NCBI GenBank assembly: GCA_016935765.1
Contig: JAFGQG010000175.1
Location: 355-64,354, forward strand
Direction of reading: 5' to 3'
Source: a bacterium
GTDB taxonomy: Bacteria > UBP14 > UBA6098 > JAFGQG01
Length of the DNA: 64,000 nt
Shown here: piece after piece, positions 19,174-26,900 of the stretch
How positions within the stretch are numbered: the first letter of the stretch is position 1
How the letters are laid out: the number at the start of each line of letters is the position of its first letter
Program-made: the position numbers and the translations under genes
Notes under the pieces: model-generated
Database searches by the model: none
What the model was told of the DNA's origin: nothing
The model's input: the letters and a program-made list of their open reading frames with translations, nothing else

Positions 19174-19335
19174 TTGCAGCATAAAGAAAAATACTTAACG
19201 GGGAGGGTGTCGGAGTGCACTAACTGTGCTAGTGCGTATTGGGGCGGTGAATAGTGGAAAGCAGGCAGTAGGAGGTAAACAGTTGGCAACAGAAAGAAAA
19301 CGGAAAAGGAAAATATCATTAACCAGATATACGAA

Positions 19336-19388
19336 AGTGATTAGTGACCAGTGATCGGTTATCGGTAGCTGCAGGTTTTCAGTCTACG
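19336..19388. repeat. 7-mer array (AGTGATY) plus REP-like hairpin
   Basis: agtgattagtgaccagtgatcggttatcgg, then gtagctgcaggttttcagtctac. Confidence 0.55.
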
Positions 19389-19534
19389 AGTCATAATATG
19401 GTTTATTTAATTATCAAAGAAAAGTAGTTTTAATTTAAATTCCAGAATGCAAATTGCAAGATATTTCTTGATTGTTGAATAAAATCCATTAAGTTTGGTA
19501 TTATTAAAAAGCAACCATGACGGAAGGGGGAATT

Positions 19535-20584
19535 ATGAGTGTTAAGACATTGAAGTTCGGTGTATGTTTATTGTTTTCTGTATTAATCATATCGATTTTT
19601 GTGTTATCCTGTGACAACAAAGGAATTGGACCTAACGGCGGGAATGGAAGCGGTCCGTTCACTATCACAATCACGAATCCTGAAGAGGGGGATACAATAA
19701 TTAGCAGTATAATTATTGAGGCAGAAGCTGATTCCCTTCCGCAATATATGGAATTTGATTTCGACACTTTCGCTACAATAAAGGACAGCGGTGAAGCTGA
19801 AGTTTTCATGGCCTGGTACGATGTATGCTTATATCCTTCAGGGTATTATACTTTTTCAGTATCAGCCTATTGGGAGGATACAACCACGACCGCTGAAATT
19901 ACAGTATTTATCCAGTATGTTGAATGTGACCCAACTCAACCCGTTGAACTAAACGGAGATACTATTCCGGAGAGTAAAGTAACCCGGAATGCCGCAGGCT
20001 GTGTTAGAGCACTCACTTTGCAAAGCATGGGCTGGACAGATCCGAATTGCATTAATGGCGTGGAAGAATACAGTGCTACTTTAGTAAGGCTCAGCCTTTC
20101 GGGCAATCATCTATCTTCCATAGACCTGAATCCACTTTCTTCGTGCAGAAATTTATGGATGCTCAGTTTATGTGTCAATCAAATTTCAGGAATAGACCTT
20201 ACACCACTTTCTAATGTTCAAAATATGGGCTTTTTGGGTCTTTGTTTTAACCAACTCACCTCGATTGAACTAGCGCCCCTTAGTGAATGCCGAAATTTTC
20301 AGGAGTTATATTTGTCCTTTAATAGCCTTAGCCACATAGACCTTACTCCGTTGTGGGATTTAAAAGCCTTTAGATACTTTTCTATCGATTTTAATGATCT
20401 TGGTTCAACTTCATGTAATCACGTCTGCAATTTTATTGACAGCCATCCGGATTGTGATGTTTGGACCGATTGCGATTGTTACGGAAAGAGCATGATACAG
20501 GTTAATGAAAGAATGAGCAACAGAGAAAAAAGATTGATGCGGATTATGGAACAATTTCATGATTTGTCAGATAGAGTTGATTAA
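19535..20584 (+). CDS. Leucine-rich-repeat lipoprotein with an N-terminal Ig-like domain
   Basis: Lipobox VLSC; repeats L.LS.N.L.SIDL.PLS.C.NL; Cys-rich C-cap. Confidence 0.85.
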   Translation: MSVKTLKFGVCLLFSVLIISIFVLSCDNKGIGPNGGNGSGPFTITITNPEEGDTIISSIIIEAEADSLPQYMEFDFDTFATIKDSGEAEVFMAWYDVCLYPSGYYTFSVSAYWEDTTTTAEITVFIQYVECDPTQPVELNGDTIPESKVTRNAAGCVRALTLQSMGWTDPNCINGVEEYSATLVRLSLSGNHLSSIDLNPLSSCRNLWMLSLCVNQISGIDLTPLSNVQNMGFLGLCFNQLTSIELAPLSECRNFQELYLSFNSLSHIDLTPLWDLKAFRYFSIDFNDLGSTSCNHVCNFIDSHPDCDVWTDCDCYGKSMIQVNERMSNREKRLMRIMEQFHDLSDRVD

Positions 20585-20614
20585 TCCCAAAATTAATTAT
20601 AAAATGAAGTAGTT

Positions 20615-20692
20615 TTTAGTTCCGTTACAAACGGAATACTTATAGCATTTTAAATCCAAAATATACCAGAAGCACCCTTTAGGGACGAAATA
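20615..20692. repeat. REP-like element after LRR gene (copy 1)
   Basis: ttagttccgttacaaacggaa...ccctttagggacgaaata; homologous to 22052-22127. Confidence 0.6.
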
Positions 20693-20739
20693 TTATTAAA
20701 AACTTAGCTAATCTAAAGAAATTCAACATGATTTCTCAT

Positions 20740-21057
20740 TTATTCAACTGATACTGTTTCAACCAAAAGTTTTATTCTACGAATTATCTCGCCTATTGAG
20801 AGTTTTTGCTGGTGAACAAAAATGATTCCTTGGTATTCTTTACCTTGTAATCCCCATTCTGTTGCTATTCTTACAAGGTCATCATCATGAGTAAAGAAAA
20901 CTGCATCATTTGCTGATGCAAATTCTAAAAGGCTCTCATCATCCTCATTTGATTTATTCAACTCTTGTACTGTAGTAATTTCAACCCCCCGTCTTCTTAA
21001 TCCCATCACTATCTTATAATTAACGTTTTCATCAGCGTGGATTTTTATCTTTTTCAT
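20740..21057 (-). CDS. DUF5615 PIN-like toxin (VapC45-like), probable premature stop 9 codons before the natural end
   Basis: ADENV..LRRRG..DD..LL..A......THDDDL; the frame continues *MRNHVEFL* to 20713. Confidence 0.8.
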   Translation of the reverse strand: MKKIKIHADENVNYKIVMGLRRRGVEITTVQELNKSNEDDESLLEFASANDAVFFTHDDDLVRIATEWGLQGKEYQGIIFVHQQKLSIGEIIRRIKLLVETVSVE

Positions 21058-21353
21058 TCTGGAATCACTGATCTGAATTTTTTTTGTGCTTCTCTAATAT
21101 ATTCCTGCCGGTTTTCTATTTCATTATCGATACCTTCTCGGTTTTCGTAATAGTAAGACAAAACATCATGGATCTGTTGAAGATTAAGTTGTGGATGGGC
21201 TTCTATGATTTCATAAGGTGTGTAACCCAGCAGTTCATACTCTATCACGATATCAATAACTCTTATTCGAGTATTTTTGATAATTGGTGTGCCTCCACAG
21301 ACACCCTTTTTTTGCTCTATGTATTTATGAAGTTCTTTTGTTATATTATCCAT
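21054..21353 (-). CDS. DUF433 antitoxin
   Basis: GVCGGTPIIKNTRIRV..EIIEAHPQL..QIHDVLSYY; 4-nt overlap with the toxin. Confidence 0.85.
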   Translation of the reverse strand: MDNITKELHKYIEQKKGVCGGTPIIKNTRIRVIDIVIEYELLGYTPYEIIEAHPQLNLQQIHDVLSYYYENREGIDNEIENRQEYIREAQKKFRSVIPE

Positions 21354-21504
21354 ATTTTCTCCAATTATTATTAAGAAATAATACAAATGCAATCTAAGGC
21401 ATGGAACGATAAATTGCAAGAATTTTCTTGCCGGGTACATCAATTTTGCTATATTTAAGTTTATTAAATTGAATTTTAATAGGCGATCTAAAGAAGGGGG
21501 AATT

Positions 21505-22024
21505 ATGAGTGTAAAAGTATTGAAGTTTGGTGGATGTTTATTGTGTTCTGTATTAATGATAACGATTATAGCGTTATCCTGTGATGATTCAATCACGGGA
21601 TCTTCACTGGAACGAATTAAATTCTGTAAATTTAAGCCCACTTGCTGCACACTCTAATCTGTTAGTGCTATTCCTTAACGATAACAATTTAACTTCTGTA
21701 AACTTAAGTCCGCTTTCAGCTTGCCAAAACCTGGGAGAACTAGACCTTTCAATCAATGAATTGACTTCAATAAACCTTAATCCTATATGGGAAATTCAGA
21801 TGCTTAGACGTTTACATCTATATTGCAATGATTTAAACTCAGTCACTTGCAGCCATGTCTGCGATTTTATAGATGACCATCCTGATTGTGAGGTTGCTAC
21901 TGATTGCGAATGCTGTAAGCAGCTTATTACCGGTATGAGTAATGAAGAGAAGTATAGAGCAGAGGTGCTTAATAGAAATGAAAGGATGGAGCTTATTCCT
22001 GGTAGGTCAAGGACGGTCGATTAA
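21505..22024 (+). pseudogene. Internally deleted, frameshifted paralogue of the LRR lipoprotein
   Basis: Same RBS and signal peptide (MSVKVLKFG..ALSC) joined out of frame to the last LRRs and Cys cap (CSHVCDFIDDHPDCEV). Confidence 0.8.
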
Positions 22025-22051
22025 TCATTTACAAATAACAGCACTATGCTC

Positions 22052-22127
22052 TTTAGTTCCGTTAGGAACGCCATATTTATAGGATTCTAAACCCCCAATA
22101 ATACTAATCCCTTTAGGGATGGAATAG
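22052..22127. repeat. REP-like element after LRR pseudogene (copy 2)
   Basis: ttagttccgttaggaacg...atccctttagggatggaata. Confidence 0.6.
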
Positions 22128-22278
22128 AAGAGAATTCTTTTTCACATTTAAATATCTATCTCAAGTAAATCAATTCTTTGCATTTGTTTATTTCTCAGGA
22201 ATAAAAAAGTTCCAACTTATTTATCTCTCAGGGATAAAGATTTATGAAAAAAACTTGCCAAGTTATTTGATGAAACGA

Positions 22279-22307
22279 TTGACAAAATATAATAATGATG
22301 ATATAAT
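22279..22307 (+). promoter_or_regulatory. Perfect-consensus sigma70 promoter, antisense to the downstream genes
   Basis: TTGACA-N17-TATAAT. Confidence 0.55.
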
Positions 22308-22317
22308 TAATGGTAAA

Positions 22318-22800
22318 TCATAATACCATTTCATATTCAATCTCATCTTTAATGGGCACCCTGTTGACTCCGAACTTGGGGATCTCGGGCTTTAATTTAC
22401 GGGATATTTCTATAGCATTTTTATGTACCGCTGTTTTTTTATAACCCCGGTGTTCGTAAAATTCCATAGCGGGGGTGTTGTCGTTAGTGGTTATCAGCCA
22501 GAGTCTTTTACAGCCGGCAGTAACAGCGATGTGGTACGCAGCCTTCATAAGGGCGGTCCCGATGCCGTGCTTCTCCCAGAGAGAATTCAGGGAAGTTATC
22601 TCGCATTCCCGGTTTTCGATGCGGTATGTCAGCAATCCCACGGGTTTTCCATTTATCTCGGCTATTACAGCCTGAAGCTGGTCTGCCTGGTGGGCTTTAC
22701 CCCGGGTGACTATCACTTCGGAGCCCCAGTACTCACGGAAAATTTTCCGGATCCATACCTGGTCCTTGTTATTGCCGTTGCGTATTTTTAAAGTAATCAT
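22318..22800 (-). CDS. GNAT-family N-acetyltransferase
   Basis: EITSLNSL..KHGIGTALM..RLWLITTNDN..A..FY..RGY. Confidence 0.9.
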   Translation of the reverse strand: MITLKIRNGNNKDQVWIRKIFREYWGSEVIVTRGKAHQADQLQAVIAEINGKPVGLLTYRIENRECEITSLNSLWEKHGIGTALMKAAYHIAVTAGCKRLWLITTNDNTPAMEFYEHRGYKKTAVHKNAIEISRKLKPEIPKFGVNRVPIKDEIEYEMVL

Positions 22801-23032
22801 GAACCACTAAAAATATTTAGTCTAAAGTATTTTAGTTTATTAGTAAATTTACATAACTGACGTTAGATTGTGAATAACATCTTTACACTTCCTGGCCTGC
22901 GGGTGAACCTTCTCAAGATGGAATTTGTTAAGATGTTTAATTAAAATGCATCAAAGTTTTATAGGTTTTTCTTTTTTTAAAACAATGAAGATTTCTATCC
23001 TTTCTTCCTTAATAAAGATATTCGAAGTCTTC

Positions 23033-23416
23033 CTATCCATTAATAATTTTAAAATTGATGTGTTTATTGATCAAGTTGAAATGTTTATCAAATGTGAATA
23101 GGATTAAATTATTTTGAATAACATTGTCCAATACGATCAAATCAGGTATCCCCACGTTATTGATTCCATTTTGAAGACAAATAGTCTGAAATTTGATGAT
23201 GTTATGCCATTTGATTTCGAGTGGAATAATACCTAAAATGTGCAGTAACTTTATAACAGCGTATTGTTTTTTTACCTTCAAAAATGGAATCAATTCAGCT
23301 AAAATTAGATCATTTGTATATACGAGGTTTTGATCGATCAACTGGTCCAATTTAGCTGATTTTTCACCACTTCTAAAGTAATCGATCCATACAGAACTAT
23401 CGATCAGAATTTTCAT
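23033..23416 (-). CDS. vapC: VapC PIN-domain toxin
   Basis: ILIDSSVWIDYF, ILAEL, IPDL, TFDKHF. Confidence 0.9.
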   Translation of the reverse strand: MKILIDSSVWIDYFRSGEKSAKLDQLIDQNLVYTNDLILAELIPFLKVKKQYAVIKLLHILGIIPLEIKWHNIIKFQTICLQNGINNVGIPDLIVLDNVIQNNLILFTFDKHFNLINKHINFKIING

Positions 23417-23606
23417 TCCTATCCCTCAATACATTCAAGTTAATCTGCAGGTCGATTTTACCTTTGTAATTCTTTAACAATTTGATCTTGTTTTTTTGAA
23501 TGATATTTTTCAAAGCGTTTTTAATCAACTCTGTTTTTGTTTTTGACCGGGTTATCTTCATCGCTTCTTCAATCAAATCTTCAGGGATATCTAAAGTTGT
23601 TCTCAT
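23397..23606 (-). CDS. vapB: VapB antitoxin (DUF2191-like)
   Basis: MRTTLDIPEDLIEEAM..KTKTELI..AL; overlaps vapC. Confidence 0.88.
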   Translation of the reverse strand: MRTTLDIPEDLIEEAMKITRSKTKTELIKNALKNIIQKNKIKLLKNYKGKIDLQINLNVLRDRNENSDR

Positions 23607-23623
23607 TTTTACCTCGTTTAAAT

Positions 23624-23659
23624 CTATGCATAATATATAAAAAATTTATGCATAGTCAA
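23624..23659 (-). promoter_or_regulatory. vapBC operator inverted repeat overlapping the promoter
   Basis: Perfect IR ctatgcataa-N12-ttatgcatag; TTGACT and TATATT on the minus strand. Confidence 0.65.
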
Positions 23660-23726
23660 GAAAAAAAATACATATTAAAATGCTGTCATTTTATTTAACT
23701 ATTCATATTAGTAAATTGAATGATTA

Positions 23727-23880
23727 TGGGTTGGAGCGGAGAACTCCAACCTACCCGGTGTTTGAACTTAAGAAACCTTGGTTTTAACAATACCGCTATA
23801 TTTTTTTTCATTATTTTTCTCTGTGACTCCATGGTTCTGTGGTTTTTTCTTTCACTTCTCAAATCACTAATCGCTAATCG
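23727..23880. repeat. REP-like hairpin copy 2 plus degenerate 8-mer and 7-mer arrays
   Basis: ggttggagcggagaactccaacctacccgg; ctctgtgactccatggttctgtggtt; tcactaatcgctaatcg. Confidence 0.55.
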
Positions 23881-23906
23881 TTATTCTGCATTCAATTCAG
23901 CCCTGT

Positions 23907-26900
23907 TTACTTCATCTTCACTGCCCGTTCCTGCACTTCATGCGTCTTCCCGCTGCTCTTCACGATTATCTTGTAAATATATGTTCCATTCGCGATATGG
24001 TCGCCATCATCATCCCGTCCATCCCAGGGTTCGTAGTTGAATCCAATATTCCCGGATGCGTGTTTGATCTGCTTGATAAACCTCCCGCTCTCTGTATAGA
24101 TCTTTATTGTAACATCAGTTACGGGAACTGTCAAGAAATATACGAACTCCGTCCTGTCCTCGAACGGGTTGGGCCAGTTCACAACATCCTGGATGGGATC
24201 CCCACCCTTGCCGATTATGTCGTACTGCGCGGTGTTGTTGCTCTCATTGGACTCTCCGAATATACCCTCGGGATCAACCAGTACGTTTATCCTGTGGTAA
24301 TACGAAGTAATTGTGAATGGTACGGATACGGTCGAGACGCTATCCACCTCGTTCAGTTCTTCGATGACCTGGTCATCCCCGATCTGGAGGTCGTTCTCGT
24401 AGAACCGGACCAGCACATCCTTTGCAGGCGCTTGCCCGAAGTGGTGGACCGTGGCATTGATGTCAATTTCCTCTCCCTGCGCCGGGTTTGAATTGGAGAG
24501 GCTAATATCGTCGCTATATATGCTCAGGTCCAGGGAGTAGCGCAATGTATCCGAATGGAACGCCTCTCCTATTCTGAAGGTCGTGTCTCCCGCAACCACC
24601 CTGTAGTAAGCATATCTTGCGACATAAGCATACAGCAGATCGATGACATCGATTCCTTCAACTTTTGCAACACTGAGATGCAATGGTATATTTCTCACTT
24701 CTCCAGGGGGTACCGGATTGATGGCAGTGATATTCAACAGGGTGTCGCCTATCAATGGGCTTATCGCGTACTCCGAGTTGACGCTGTCGAGAACTACCTC
24801 CTGCCCGATGACTACGGAGAGTTCCGGGTCGAAGCCGATATCGTTGCCCCTGTTCTTGAGCTGCAGAATTGCCGTTATCCTATTCTCGCCCTCATCGAGT
24901 ATGTAGTGACCCCGTTCTTCAACTGCTTCTCCGTTCACCTCGCTTATGAATTTATCCAGCCAGAATTTGGGACCGCGAGCTGCAATGTACATCGGGGAGG
25001 TCGTGGTCGTTTTAGGGGAGCCCTGGAAGTTCAGGTAATCGACAGCGGTCGCGGAATCGAGGGGGATGTCATCTCCACCCGCGTCGAGAGTAATCTGGCC
25101 TTTCGCGCCGATCCAGAAGGATGTATGGTCTTCGTTGAACGGGAACGCGCCGGAGTACGGTAAACTGTTGATAGTTAGCCAGTTGGACGGATCGACCATT
25201 GCGGATACGCTGGGTAGTGTTTCGAAATTTGCGAATGTCGGTTCGGAATCCGACCATCTAACTTCGGTAGAAGGAGAGCCGATCTCGATATAGGAACGCA
25301 GCTTGGTTCGGAATTGGGTTAACTGCGCCTGCCCGATGACGAAGCGAGGGTCATCTTCAATGATACCGCTGCCGTCCCGGTCAACGATTGCGAATTTGCA
25401 GTCAGGGACCGCAAATGGTCCGAAGGGGGTAGCGCTGCTTTCGAAGTACTCACGCTCTTCGCCAGAGATGGTGAAGTTTATGTCGTATACCTTTTCTTCT
25501 TCGAGGGTTGGATCGACGAGGAAGTGGAACACGAAGTAGCCTCGGCGGGAAGCCTGTATCTCGGGGATCATAGCGCTGCCGTCAGCGTCTCCGATACGCA
25601 GCCATACCTCCTCAGCGGAGGGGTTGAATCTCCAGCCGGCGTGGAAAGTGCGCGGATCATCGCCTTCGTAGATGACTTCGCCGGTAGCCGGATCTACGTG
25701 GGCTGGTACAAGTGGACGCGGATAGCAGGAGTACCAGAGCACCGTGTGAGTTGAGCCTAAACCACTCAAATCTGGTCGAATCGTGGTATTGTACCAGTGC
25801 TTGTTCGAGGCGTTGTCCACTTCGATGACTACCTGGAGGAACGCGCCGTTCTCGGTTCTGGGATAGCCGGCGGCTTCGAGAACGCTGTCACCTGCCGCCC
25901 ATGGGAGAATGGTCACGGTGGCTATGTCAAAAGCGGGGTCGATACGCGCGCCGGTGACGATGTCCGGCTCGAACAAGCTCAGGGGCTCCCGCCCCCCCAC
26001 GTAGCTCGATATGACCACGTCATCATACCCGAATGACTGCACCCAGGGATCGAACATGACGTCGAATTCATGAGGCTCTGTCCAGCGCCCTCCATAGTAT
26101 GAACCCCAATCGTAAACGAGGTACTTCATCATTACTGTGTCTGGAAAGAGCGAAACGATCGTTGGGTCGGGTTTGCGGTAAAGCCGAACGTTGTTAGCAA
26201 TAGAGTATGCTGATTGAGCGTGGGAGAACTGCACCCATGGCGACCCTCCGAATATCTCTTCGTTCACAAGCCACGCGCCGTCGTTAATTTTTAAAAGCCC
26301 TTCTCTCCCGCGCCCGGTGAATTGCGTGTTTATCGTAAATTTAACCTCACCGAGTTTTTCAGGGAGGTCGTCGCCGTAGGTCCCATCCCCGCCTGGACAC
26401 CAGCCTTCGTGCGCGACCGAGAGGTCGCCTTCTATTTCCACGAGTTCCCATGGGTCGATCGCATAGAGTGACTCCGCGTACTCGCCGTTTCGTGGAGGCC
26501 ATAAATCATGGATGTAACCGGTGGTGTTCACGAAGCGGTCTCCGATGTCGTCCAGCCAATCATCGACGCCATCGAAGTTGTCGTCGTCGAACGCTGGTGG
26601 AATGAGTATTTGCGGGATGTAAACCGAGTAGTAGAACGGGCGTTCCCATATTTCGATCCCGGTACCCACTGTGGTATCATCGAAAACGAACGGGCTGAAA
26701 TCCGGGCAGATAGTAGCGATGTCATAAGCGCTGTCACCGAGCGTGGGGAGTGTTACTTCGTAGCCACCGAGCCCTTTGGGTATGTTCTCGATGATGTATC
26801 CGAACACACCGTCACCGATACCGTCACGGGTGGTGGAGAGCTGCCGCCATTCGCCATCCACGTAGCCGTAAGTGCCGAAATCCTTGCCAACGTTGGCGAT

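Noticed and set aside
19039-19319. N-terminal extension LLPTAYCLLPTAY of the dehydrogenase, and ORF 19056-19319
   Set aside because: These are translations of the 7-mer/8-mer arrays; the real start with RBS is at 19038.
21354-21650. 198-aa version of the DUF433 ORF
   Set aside because: The extension is the antisense of the LRR pseudogene leader; the DUF433 start with RBS is at 21353.
20615-22127. Post-LRR repeats as integron attC sites
   Set aside because: No RYYYAAC/GTTRRRY box pairing and no integrase; they look REP-like.
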